Shown here: positions 20,241 through 29,376 of the stretch, piece after piece | How positions within the stretch are numbered: position 1 is the first letter of the stretch | Layout of the letters: each line of letters opens with the position of its first letter | Assembly: GCA_020633315.1 (NCBI GenBank) | Contig: JACKDV010000004.1 | Span: 512,071 to 576,070, forward strand | From: Myxococcales bacterium | Lineage (GTDB): Bacteria > Myxococcota_A > Polyangia > Nannocystales > Nannocystaceae | Direction of reading: 5' to 3' | Length of the DNA: 64,000 bases | Position numbers and translations under genes: made by a program | The notes under the pieces: generated by a model | What the model was told of the DNA's origin: nothing | What the model saw: the letters and a program-made list of their open reading frames with translations, nothing else | Database searches by the model: none

Positions 20241-22907
20241 ATGGACATCGACACGTTGTTGCGAAACAGCCCGATCACCGAGAGCCGGGAGCGCATCGAA
20301 TCCGTGCGCCGCCGGCTCTTCGAGCCGCAGTCGGAGCTCGCCCCCCCACACATCGAGGCCCGTGGGCTCATCGGCAAGGGGAGCTTCGGCAAGGTGTACC
20401 TGGCCACCGATCGACGCGTGAGCCGAACGATCGCCCTCAAGGTGATCCGCTTCTCCGGCGACGACGAGCGATCCAGGCTCGACCGCGAGGCCCACGCGCT
20501 CGCCCGCCTCAACCACCCCAACGTGGTCCAGCTCTACGAGAGTGGCGTGTCCGATCGGGACTCCTACTATCTCGCGCTCGAGCACGTGGCCGGCGAGGTC
20601 CTCGACGGGTGGCTGGCCGCGCGCCCGCGCACCCTGCGGGAGATCCTGCAGGTGTTCCTGCAGATCGCCCGGGGCCTGCTCGCCGCCCACCGCCGCAGCC
20701 TGGTCCACCGCGACTTCAAGCCCAGCAACGTCATGATCGACACCAAGGGCCAGGCCAAGATCCTCGACTTCGGCCTGGTGAAGCTGACGGAGGAGGGCCG
20801 CGCCCAGGCGCGACGCGAGCGGCAGTGGCTCGCGGGGCCCACCGAGGACGAGGCGGGCTCGGAGACGGCGGAGACCTCGAGCCGGTCGCGGTGGCGCCAC
20901 GAAGATGCCACCGTCCTGCCGTGCAGCGACTCGCGGAGCGTCGGCGACTCGCGGGGCCCGCTCGAGCGCTCGTTGACGGCACCGGATGGGTTCGTGGGCA
21001 CCTTGCCCTACGCCGCGCCCGAGCAGCTCCGGGGGCAGGAGGTCGACGCCCGCAGCGATCAATTCAGCTACTGCGTGACCATGTTCGAGGCCTGCTACGG
21101 GTTCCACCCCTTCGGGCGGAGCACCACGAACGAGGACCGCATCAAGGCCAAGGAGGAGCGCCTGCGTCGGATCGAGGCCGGGACGCTCGAGGACGCCCCG
21201 CCCGTCCGCGCGGTGCCCCGGTGGCTGCGGGGCCTGCTGCTGCGCGGCATGCAGGCCGACCCCGACCGGCGCCACCTCGACTTCGCCCAGATCATCGAGA
21301 CGCTGGAGCAGCGCCTCGCGCCGCCGTCCACCACCCTGCGCGACGTGGTGGTCGGGGCGGTGCTGGGCCTGGGCCTGATCTCGGGCGTCACGGCCTGGCT
21401 GTGGTCGGAACGCGAGCCGCTGGTGTGGGACGCGGACGGGCACTGGTCGGCCATCGAGCGGCGCGTCACCCAGGCCTACGGCCCGATGCCCCGGATCGAG
21501 GAGTACCCCAGGCGCTGGCGCGAGGTGGCGGACGAGCTGGCCCAGAGGTGGCGGCCCTGGGAGCACCTCGAGGAGCAGTATCGGTGCCTCCGCGAGGGCC
21601 GGCGCCTGTTCATGGCCGAGGTGGACACGCTGCTCGCCGAGGCCCCGGGCCGCGAGCTCTTCGATCGCCGCCCCCAGATCCACACCGCCAGCCTCTACCA
21701 GCCCGAGGGCTGCCGCGCCGACTCGCCTCGTCCCCCCAGCCCCGGCCTGGCCGACGAGCTGCGGAGCGCCCAGCTCCTGCATCGACGGGGCCAGGACGCC
21801 GAGGCGCTCGCACAGCTCGACGGGCTCCGCGGGCGGATCCACGTGGACGGCTCGCTGCTCTCGGGAGTAGTGGATCGCCTGAGGGGCGCGGTGATGCTGG
21901 CCATGGGCAGCCCCGAGGCCTGGGACGTGCTGGCCATGGCACGGCACGGCAACGGAGGCGATCTGCGGTTCCTGGTGGAGACCACCCTCGAGCAGGCAGA
22001 GGCCGGGATCCTGCTGGGTCGGACGCGCTCCGAGGTGGATGCGCTGCTGCAGCAGGCGGAGGCATGGGAGGCCAGCCTGTCTTCCGACCCCGACACCGAC
22101 CTCGTCACCCTGCGGATCCCCGCGCTGCGCTCGCTGGTCGAGGGGCACGCCATGCTCCGCGAGGGTCGGGCCGAGGCGGCCGCGGAGGCCTACCAGCAGG
22201 CGCGACACCGGCTTCAGGAGCTCGCCTCGCTGCCCTCGTCCGAGCTCACGCTGGCGTACCTCGATCTCCAGACGGCCGCCGCCACGGCGCTGCTGCCCGA
22301 TCGAGGGGCCGAGACGAAGCGGCTGGTGGAGCGCTCGTTCGCCGTGCTGCGGCGCCACCTCGGCGACGAGCACCCGCGGCTGCCCACCTACGCCTGGATG
22401 GCCGCCCGAGCCCTGTCGACCAGCGCTCACCCGAGCGAGGCACGCGAGCTGCTCGAGCTGACCCGTCGCCTCGATCCCTCCGCCCCCGAGGCCACTCGGG
22501 CCGAGGCCGAGCAGCTCTACCTCGACCTCCGCGACGATCCCGATGTCAGCTCTCGCCCCACGGAGCTCCATCGGCGGGCCGAGGCGCTCGAGCACCACAT
22601 CACGCAGCTCCTACGGTCCGACCGACCAGTCGACGACTCGGCGGTCGCCAGGATCTGGTACGTGGCCACGGTTGCCTACGACGAGGCGGGGGACCATCGA
22701 ATGGCCCTGAAGGCTCTGTCGCACTGGATCGAGTCGGCTGCCGATCGACGTGACCGAATTCGGGCCTGTGAAGCACTAGAGGAGTTGAGAGAGCACTTCA
22801 CCGTGGACGACACGATCACCCACGAGAAAATCGAGGCCGATGCGGGGGAACGTGAAATCTTCGGCCAGCTCCGAACAGAATGTCCATGGAACCACCACGA
22901 TGACTGA
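20241..22907 (+). CDS. Serine/threonine protein kinase with long C-terminal TPR/helical-repeat region (888 aa)
   Basis: Hanks kinase motifs: GKGSFGKVY (Gly loop), VALK (AIK equivalent: IALKVI), HRDFKPSNVMID (catalytic loop), DFG (ILDFGLVK), APE (YAAPE). Confidence 0.9.
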   Translation: MDIDTLLRNSPITESRERIESVRRRLFEPQSELAPPHIEARGLIGKGSFGKVYLATDRRVSRTIALKVIRFSGDDERSRLDREAHALARLNHPNVVQLYESGVSDRDSYYLALEHVAGEVLDGWLAARPRTLREILQVFLQIARGLLAAHRRSLVHRDFKPSNVMIDTKGQAKILDFGLVKLTEEGRAQARRERQWLAGPTEDEAGSETAETSSRSRWRHEDATVLPCSDSRSVGDSRGPLERSLTAPDGFVGTLPYAAPEQLRGQEVDARSDQFSYCVTMFEACYGFHPFGRSTTNEDRIKAKEERLRRIEAGTLEDAPPVRAVPRWLRGLLLRGMQADPDRRHLDFAQIIETLEQRLAPPSTTLRDVVVGAVLGLGLISGVTAWLWSEREPLVWDADGHWSAIERRVTQAYGPMPRIEEYPRRWREVADELAQRWRPWEHLEEQYRCLREGRRLFMAEVDTLLAEAPGRELFDRRPQIHTASLYQPEGCRADSPRPPSPGLADELRSAQLLHRRGQDAEALAQLDGLRGRIHVDGSLLSGVVDRLRGAVMLAMGSPEAWDVLAMARHGNGGDLRFLVETTLEQAEAGILLGRTRSEVDALLQQAEAWEASLSSDPDTDLVTLRIPALRSLVEGHAMLREGRAEAAAEAYQQARHRLQELASLPSSELTLAYLDLQTAAATALLPDRGAETKRLVERSFAVLRRHLGDEHPRLPTYAWMAARALSTSAHPSEARELLELTRRLDPSAPEATRAEAEQLYLDLRDDPDVSSRPTELHRRAEALEHHITQLLRSDRPVDDSAVARIWYVATVAYDEAGDHRMALKALSHWIESAADRRDRIRACEALEELREHFTVDDTITHEKIEADAGEREIFGQLRTECPWNHHDD

Positions 22908-23367
22908 CCACGCAACCCTCGATGGCCCGCTCCGACGGGTCGAGATTCGAATCCACGCCGACATCGACGATCCCTCGGCCTTCTCCTTCCTCTCGGCGGG
23001 CTCGCCCCCGCAGTGGGAGCGGGTGGAGGGGGACGATGCCGGGCTCCTGGCCCTCGACACGGATCCGGCCACGGACATCCGCCTGCGGGTGCTCGTGAGC
23101 TCGACGCCTCCGCGGATCGGATGGACGGTGACCATCCAGCGCGGCACCGTGCCCCTCTCGGGCCAGAATCACGGCGCCAGCTTCCGCAGCGAGCCCATCG
23201 AGGGCTCGGAGGTCGAGGGGCGCTACCTCGTCACCGTGTCGTGTGCGGCGTTCGTGCGCACCTACTACTTCGAGATCGGTCGGGGCGAGGCGCCCCGGGT
23301 GCTGGCCAAGATCGGCCTGTACGACGACGACCGACCCACGCTCGCCGTGCGACCGCCCAGTCGCTGA
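22900..23367 (+). CDS. Hypothetical protein (155 aa), start overlaps kinase stop (ATGACTGA)
   Basis: Internal Met of ORF 22840..23367 positioned for translational coupling with the upstream kinase. Coherent composition. Confidence 0.5.
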   Translation: MTDHATLDGPLRRVEIRIHADIDDPSAFSFLSAGSPPQWERVEGDDAGLLALDTDPATDIRLRVLVSSTPPRIGWTVTIQRGTVPLSGQNHGASFRSEPIEGSEVEGRYLVTVSCAAFVRTYYFEIGRGEAPRVLAKIGLYDDDRPTLAVRPPSR

Positions 23368-23482
23368 GCCGATCGATTCTCCACCGATGACGATCTCTCC
23401 GGGCTCGGGATGCGCCCGGCCGATGCACCGCCCGGGCGAGGGTATTCCCCGACCCGGCACGAAGGACCACCAAGGGGGGCAC

Positions 23483-24151
23483 GTGACCAAGGAAGAAATC
23501 TATGAGGAGTGTGCACCTGCGCTCGAGCGGTTCTTCGCCAACAAGGTCTCCTTGCCGTACGAGATCGAGGACCTGATGCACACCTCGTTCCTGCGCCTGT
23601 TCGCCAAGATGGAGAGCGGGGCGGAGCTGGAAGACCCCTGCGCCTTCATCTTCGGGATCGCCAAGCTCGTGCTGTACGAGCACTGGCGTCGCAAGGCTCG
23701 CTTGGCGAGCCACGAGGAGGTCGGCGAGCACCCGCTCGTGGCGATGGGCGCGGGGCTGTCGAGCATCCTCGCCGAGAGCGAGGAGCAGGCCCTGGTCGCG
23801 GACGCGCTGCGGGAGGTGAGGCTCGACTACCAGACGGTGCTCGAGCTGTTCTACTGGGAGGGCAAGTCCTACGAGGAGATCGCGGCGACCATGGAGATCG
23901 CCAAGGGGACCGTGGGCACCCTGCTCCGGCGCGGGCGCCGGGCCCTGCGGCAGGTCATCAGCCGCAAGCAGGCGCAGGAGGGGGCCCGCGCTCCCTCCCG
24001 CGTGGCCAAGCTGCTCGAGCGATCGCGGCGAGCCCCCTCGTCGAGGTCTCCTCGCCGGGCCCCCCACCACGGCTCCTCCCGGGGGGGCACCCGGCCGCGT
24101 GCCGTGCTCCGACGCCGACGCGCCGACGAGTCGTCCGTCGACGGCAAGTAG
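23483..24151 (+). CDS. RNA polymerase sigma-70 family (ECF) sigma factor
   Basis: Region 2 (MHTSFLRLF..., FIFGIAKLVLYEHWRRK) and region 4 (YQTVLELFYWEGKSYEEIAATMEIAKGTVGTLLRRGRRAL). GTG start preceded by AAGGGGGG. Confidence 0.8.
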   Translation: MTKEEIYEECAPALERFFANKVSLPYEIEDLMHTSFLRLFAKMESGAELEDPCAFIFGIAKLVLYEHWRRKARLASHEEVGEHPLVAMGAGLSSILAESEEQALVADALREVRLDYQTVLELFYWEGKSYEEIAATMEIAKGTVGTLLRRGRRALRQVISRKQAQEGARAPSRVAKLLERSRRAPSSRSPRRAPHHGSSRGGTRPRAVLRRRRADESSVDGK

Positions 24152-24176
24152 CTCGCCCGCCCGCGACCCGCCGGGC

Positions 24177-25049
24177 TCACCCCGGCGGCTGGAAGCAGCC
24201 GATGGTGGTCTCGATGCGGAAGTTGGACTCGGAGGTGTGGCGCTCGGCGAAGAAGAAGTCGAGGTCGTAGGTCCCGCCCGGCACGATGCCCAGGGTGCCC
24301 GCCATCGCGTCGAGGTCGATGCTGCCCTCCATCGGACCGTGCACCCCGCCCAGGTCGATGCCCAGGCGCCCGTTGATGAAGGTGAACAGGTCGTCGTCGC
24401 CGCGGAAGGTGAAGACCTCGCCGCCCTGGTAGGTGAACTGCGTGTGCATCTCCAGGGTGAAGTGGTAGTTGTGCGAGTTGCCCTCGTTGCCGAAGCCCTG
24501 GTCGTCGATGGGAAAGAAGGCCGGGTTGTCGTAGGTGTACGTGCCCGAGCCGTCGTCGCTGAGCGGGATGGCCACGGGGATGGTCTGGTTGACCCCCGGC
24601 ACGTCGCGATACCACTGGTCGAAGTTGGCCTGGCCGGTGGTCGTGCCCGCGCTCCCTCCCGCGTACACCGGCTTGCCGTCACCCCCGAGCATGAAGTCGA
24701 CGATCCCGGGGTCGACCGCGATCACGTACTCGAAGTCGGGGTGGGACTGCGAGAAGTCGCGGACGGTGGCCATCAGCTCCGTCTCGCACTCGCCGGGCGG
24801 GGGGAGCGTGCCGCTGCCGTCGTCGCCCAGGTCGAACTTGGGACCGCTGCCGCCCCCGGTGCCATCGGGGTTGGAGCCGCTGGTCGCCCCGCTGGTGTCG
24901 CCCGAGTCGTCGCCCAGGGTGGAGCTGCCGACCGCGGTGAGGCCGGTCAGGCTCGTGGGCCCCGAGCCCGCGCTGGCTCGTCCGCCCTCGGACGGGTCGC
25001 CACAGCCGCTCAGCACCAGCACCAGCCCGAACGCGTGCCCTCGCCTCAC
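24177..25049 (-). CDS. Fibro-slime domain (PA14-like) secreted lipoprotein
   Basis: Lipoprotein signal (LVLVLSGCGD), Gly/Ser/Thr-rich linker, then the characteristic fibro-slime core (TFRGDDDLFTFINGRLGIDLGGVHGP ... YDLDFFFAERHTSESNFRIETT). Confidence 0.8.
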   Translation of the reverse strand: MRRGHAFGLVLVLSGCGDPSEGGRASAGSGPTSLTGLTAVGSSTLGDDSGDTSGATSGSNPDGTGGGSGPKFDLGDDGSGTLPPPGECETELMATVRDFSQSHPDFEYVIAVDPGIVDFMLGGDGKPVYAGGSAGTTTGQANFDQWYRDVPGVNQTIPVAIPLSDDGSGTYTYDNPAFFPIDDQGFGNEGNSHNYHFTLEMHTQFTYQGGEVFTFRGDDDLFTFINGRLGIDLGGVHGPMEGSIDLDAMAGTLGIVPGGTYDLDFFFAERHTSESNFRIETTIGCFQPPG

Positions 25050-25178
25050 CCGCGCAGGATACGTCGGTGGTCGGAGCGACCGCAGAGGGGATCACCCTGA
25101 TCGCCGCAGGGGCATCCCCGGGTGCACCTAGCTCCCACCTCTCCGTGGCTCACCCGCCGGGCCGCCTGGCTCGCGGGG

Positions 25179-26217
25179 CTAGCCGGGGCTGACCGCGAGA
25201 TCGGCCAGCGCTCGGGCGCGATCGGTCTTGGGGGCGATCGTGCCCGCGGCCAGGTGCCAGGCGTAGATGTCGCGCAGGGTGTCCTCGGTGGGCCGGATGG
25301 TGTGGCCGAGCTCGCGCTGGGCCTTGCTCGAGTCGAAGGCATAGCGGAGCCGCAGGGGGATGAGCGACTCCGAGGTGTACAGCGGCTCGCCCTCGAGGAA
25401 GCGCGCGGCCACGTCCATCACCGGCGCGCCGAGCTGGGCCAGCCACGCCGGCGCGGTCAGGCGCGGGCGCGACACGCCGGTGATCCGCTCGGCCGCGGCC
25501 GAGAGCTGGGGCAGGGTGAGGTAGCGACCGGTGGTCAGGTAGCTCTCGCCGGTGCGGCCCTTGTCCACCGCCGCGATCATGGTGGCCGCCACGTCGCGCG
25601 CGTCGACGAAGTCGTAGCCCCCCGACAGCAGCGCGGGCAGGCGTCGCCGGTAGAGCTTGAGCAGCACCAGGCCCAGGCGAGACGGACGATAGTCATAGGG
25701 ACCGATCACCGCCGAGGGGTGCACGATCACCGCGTCGAGGCCCTCCTCGATCGCCTGGCGCACCAGCGCCTCGCCGCGAGCCTTGCTCACGTCGTAGGCC
25801 GGTGCCTGGCCGGGCCCGACCCGCGGGCGGGTCTCGTCGACGGGGCGATCCCAGGGCGAGTGCGAGAAGGCGTGCACCGAGCAGGTGTGGATCATGCGAC
25901 GCACGCGACTGCGGAGCGCGGCGCGGGTCACCTGCCGCACGCCCTCCACGTTGACCGCCTCGACCAGGCCGTTCATGGGGCCGACGATCGAGATCTGGGC
26001 CGCGAGGTGATAGAGCAGCTCCGCGCCGTCGAGCAGCTCGTCGAGGCCCTCGCCCGAGATCACGTCGCCCCGCACCTCGGTGAGGGCCAGGCCGTGGAGC
26101 TCGGGGGGACGGGGGCGGCGCACCAGGGCGCGCACCTCGTCGCCGCGGGCGACGAGCTGACGCACCAGGTTGGCGCCGAGGTGACCAGTGGCTCCCGTGA
26201 TCGCGACCGTCGCCATC
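25179..26217 (-). CDS. NAD-dependent epimerase/dehydratase (extended SDR) family protein
   Basis: N-terminal Rossmann motif (VAITGATGHLGANLVRQLVARGDEV) and YxxxK (YDVSKARGE). Confidence 0.85.
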
Positions 26218-26260
26218 GTGCGCGGGATGGTACGCGCTGCCGCCCGCGCAGGCGAGGCGG

Positions 26261-27418
26261 CTACGGCGTGCCCGCGCCGGCGTCGGGGCAACCCAGGCGC
26301 TCGCGGGCCGCCGCCACGGCGCCGTCGTAGCGCCCGCCCGGGAAGCGAGCCGCGTGGCGGGCCCAGTGGGCGCAGGCCTGGTCGGCGTCGCCCAGGTGGC
26401 GCTCGACGATCTCGCCCAGCTCGTAGCTCAGCACCTGCGCGGTCCGCCGGTCCCACCGACGCCCGCGCTCGGCCCTGCGCAGGACCTCGGCCGCGTCGGC
26501 GTAGCGCCCGGCCGCCCGCAGGGCGGTGACCTGGTCGATGATCGCGGTCGCATCCTCGGCGCTGGCCTCGACGGGCTCGGGCTTCGCCGGGCGCTCGGCG
26601 GCACGACGCGAGCCCCGGGCCTTCGCGCGCGGCTCGACCGGCGGCGGCTCGGCCTCGACGACGACGATCGGGTCGGGCTCGGCCCCGTCGTGGGTGGCCG
26701 CGCCCGTGCGGCCGCGCCCCGCTGCGGCCGGGAGCAGCTCGGCCTGCGCCACCTCGGAGGGCTCGGGCTCGGCGGCGTCGCCCCAGGCGTGCCGCTGTCC
26801 CGGCTCGATCTCGCGGCGCTGCCCCCCGAGGCCCACGAAGCGGATGCGTCCCTCGAAGAGATCGACGTAGCCCCCGCCCGCGTGCTGCGAGACGGTGAAG
26901 CGCGTGCCGATCACCTCGATGGTGCCGTGCGAGACGTGGATCCGCACCGGCGGCTCGCCGCTCGACACGTGGGCCACCTCGAGCAGCGCGGTGCCCTCGT
27001 CGATGCGCAGCCCGTCGTCGTCGCGCAGCACCACGCGATCCCAGGTCTGCATCGTCAGGTGCGGGGCCACCAGGCGGCAGCTCCCGTCGAGCACCGCCCG
27101 CCCGGCCTCGCTGCGGTATCGGCAGTGCTCGCCCTCCACCGTGAAGATCCCGAGCACCGAGGCGACCGGATCGGGCTCGATGGCCTGCGGCCGCGGCCGC
27201 AGCCCGAGCCCCACCACCAGCAGCACCAGGGCCGCACCGGCGGCGAAGGTGATCGCGGGCAGCCAGCGGAAGCGGAAGCCGGCCGTGGCCTCGCGGGCGA
27301 TCGCCTCTCGCCGCAGCCGCTCCGCCACCCGGGCCCGCGCGCCCGGGGGCATGCCGCGAGCGGCGAGCTCCTCGTCGAGCTCGCGCAGCCGCGGTGCGAG
27401 CACCCGTCGCTCGCTCAT
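26261..27418 (-). CDS. Anti-sigma factor with FecR-like periplasmic domain
   Basis: Cytoplasmic N-term, single TM (WLPAITFAAGAALVLLVVGL), then a FecR-like beta-rich region (IHVSHGTIEVIGTRFTVSQHAGGGYVDLFEGRIRF). Start overlaps the stop of the upstream ECF sigma (ATGA). Confidence 0.7.
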   Translation of the reverse strand: MSERRVLAPRLRELDEELAARGMPPGARARVAERLRREAIAREATAGFRFRWLPAITFAAGAALVLLVVGLGLRPRPQAIEPDPVASVLGIFTVEGEHCRYRSEAGRAVLDGSCRLVAPHLTMQTWDRVVLRDDDGLRIDEGTALLEVAHVSSGEPPVRIHVSHGTIEVIGTRFTVSQHAGGGYVDLFEGRIRFVGLGGQRREIEPGQRHAWGDAAEPEPSEVAQAELLPAAAGRGRTGAATHDGAEPDPIVVVEAEPPPVEPRAKARGSRRAAERPAKPEPVEASAEDATAIIDQVTALRAAGRYADAAEVLRRAERGRRWDRRTAQVLSYELGEIVERHLGDADQACAHWARHAARFPGGRYDGAVAAARERLGCPDAGAGTP

Positions 27419-27960
27419 CCCTCCACCTCCCAGCCCGCCGCGCGCACGCGGGCCTCGGCGCGCTTGACCAGCTTGCACACGTAGCCCTTGGTGTGGCCGA
27501 GGATCCGACCGATCTCCACCAGGGTCTTGCCGTCCACGTGCACCATGCAGAAGGCCATGCGCTCCTTGGGCGGGAGCTGGTCGAGCACGGCCCAGGCCTG
27601 GTCGAGCCCCTCGCGTGCGGCGGCGAGGCGCTCGGGGTCCACGGGCGGCCGCGCCTTCTCGCCGAGCAGCCAGCGCACCGGGGCCGCGCTGCGCACCCGC
27701 TCGCGACGCAGGCGGTTGAGGCAGCGATTGCTGGTCACGCGGTAGAACCAGCCCTCGAGGCCGTCGTTCTCCTCGAGGCGATCGATCACGTCGAACAGCC
27801 GCAGGAAGACCTCCTGGGTGAGGTCCTCGGCCCAGGCGGCGTCGCCCCGGCCGTAGCGCAGGGCGAGGCGATACACCAGGCCGTGGTAGCGCCGGTACAG
27901 GGCGTCGATCTCGAGCGGAGCCGCGGGGACCTCCTCGAGCTCGAGCTCGTTCAGCGCCAT
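27415..27960 (-). CDS. ECF RNA polymerase sigma factor
   Basis: Region 2 (DLTQEVFLRLF ... GWFYRVTSNRCLNRLRRER) and region 4 (LPPKERMAFCMVHVDGKTLVEIGRILGHTKGYVCKLVKRA). Confidence 0.85.
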   Translation of the reverse strand: MALNELELEEVPAAPLEIDALYRRYHGLVYRLALRYGRGDAAWAEDLTQEVFLRLFDVIDRLEENDGLEGWFYRVTSNRCLNRLRRERVRSAAPVRWLLGEKARPPVDPERLAAAREGLDQAWAVLDQLPPKERMAFCMVHVDGKTLVEIGRILGHTKGYVCKLVKRAEARVRAAGWEVEG

Positions 27961-27977
27961 CACGTCGCTGCGCTCGC

Positions 27978-29300
27978 TCACTCGATCCTCCAGCCGTGGG
28001 TGATGCCCACCGCCAGGCCCACGCGCCAGGCGGGGCGTCTCCAGTCCACCCCGCTCTCGCGCACCAGGCCCACCCGGTGCTCCCACGAGGACGAGCCGAT
28101 CCCGGGGTCGACGATGAGGTGCAGGCGCGTCCAGTTGCGCAGCTCGATCGAGTAGGTCACGGGCAGCTCGGCCGCGAAGGCCACGTCGCCCGCGGTCCGA
28201 TCGCCCACGCCGAAGGTGTGGAGGTCCGTGCCCACCAGGGCGGCGACGTCGAGGTGTCCGCGTCGACCCACCCGCAGCCCCCAGTCGGGACCGATGACCA
28301 GGCGCAGATCGACCACGAGCACCGAGTGACCCGACGACGGGACCGCCGACGCGCTCAGCCGTCCGCCCACGCCCTCGAGCCGACCCATGCGCCAGCCGGC
28401 CTGCACCAGCGGGTCCACGAAGCGGCCGCGCATGGCCACGCCGGCGCTGGCCCCCAGCCGCGCCTCGGCCCGCGGAGGGCCGTGCATGGGCGGCAGCTCC
28501 TCGTCGCGCTCGCGGGTCACGCTCGGCGCGGGAGCATCGAGCAGCTCTCGCCCCGAGGGACCGCCGAGCGCCTCGAGATCGAGCTCGCCCGCCGGCTCGG
28601 GCGGGGAGCGCAGCGCATCGAGGAGCTGTCGCGCCGCGCGGCGCGAGGCATCGGGCGAGCCATCGCCGAGCTCCACCACCAGCTGCGGCGGGCTGCAATC
28701 GTCGGCGGCGGGACCGATGCCCACCTCGGCCAGGGCGCCCCGCCGCTCGATGCACACCAGCGTGTCGACGCTCGAGGGCCGGGCGCTCAGGGTGAAGCCC
28801 GCGTGGTGACCCACCTCGGCCATCGCCTCCAGCAGGCCGTCGTCGGCCGGCGCGTCGACGAAGCGCAGCGCCACCCCGGGCTCGGGCTCGGCGATCGCAT
28901 CCTCGGCATCGCACGCCTGCTCCACGCCCTGGATCGCGCGGTGCAGCACCTCGAGGCGCTGCACCGCGTCGGGCCCGGGCTCCACCGCGAAGCTCCGACG
29001 CGCCCGCCCCTCGGCGCTCACCACCAGCCCGTCGGGCACCGCCCGCACCCGCACCACGCCCTGGGCTCCGCGGGGCTCGGCCGCCACGTCGTAGCCCTCC
29101 TCGAGCAGGCGACGCACCAACCAGCCCCGCATCGCGGTCAGGCGCGCGTGATCGCCGGCATCGACGAAGGGATCGGGGTGGACCTCCACCGCCACGGTGG
29201 GTCTCGAGGCGAGCATGAGGCTGAGCAGCAGGGCGGACACGGGGGCGGGTCTCGAGCAGCGAAGGGGCCGCCCGAGTGTGTCACCCCCGAGGCCCCCCAA
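27978..29300 (-). CDS. Hypothetical secreted protein (start likely internal, ~29216)
   Basis: ORF track. Signal-like segment (VSALLLSLMLASRPTVAVEV). The C-terminal ~150 aa has an alternating hydrophobic pattern suggestive of beta strands. Immediately upstream of the ECF sigma/anti-sigma pair on the same strand. Confidence 0.5.
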   Translation of the reverse strand: MGGLGGDTLGRPLRCSRPAPVSALLLSLMLASRPTVAVEVHPDPFVDAGDHARLTAMRGWLVRRLLEEGYDVAAEPRGAQGVVRVRAVPDGLVVSAEGRARRSFAVEPGPDAVQRLEVLHRAIQGVEQACDAEDAIAEPEPGVALRFVDAPADDGLLEAMAEVGHHAGFTLSARPSSVDTLVCIERRGALAEVGIGPAADDCSPPQLVVELGDGSPDASRRAARQLLDALRSPPEPAGELDLEALGGPSGRELLDAPAPSVTRERDEELPPMHGPPRAEARLGASAGVAMRGRFVDPLVQAGWRMGRLEGVGGRLSASAVPSSGHSVLVVDLRLVIGPDWGLRVGRRGHLDVAALVGTDLHTFGVGDRTAGDVAFAAELPVTYSIELRNWTRLHLIVDPGIGSSSWEHRVGLVRESGVDWRRPAWRVGLAVGITHGWRIE

Positions 29301-29376
29301 GGTTTCCGCGCCGCCGCCGAGGCCCGAGCCCAGCCTCCTCGGGCACCGCGCAAGGACCGCAACACCGCCGAGGGGC

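Noticed and set aside
20052-22598. 848-aa antisense ORF and 20201..22753 (+) over the Ser/Thr kinase
   Set aside because: Shadow ORFs. The Hanks motifs are in frame 20241..22907.
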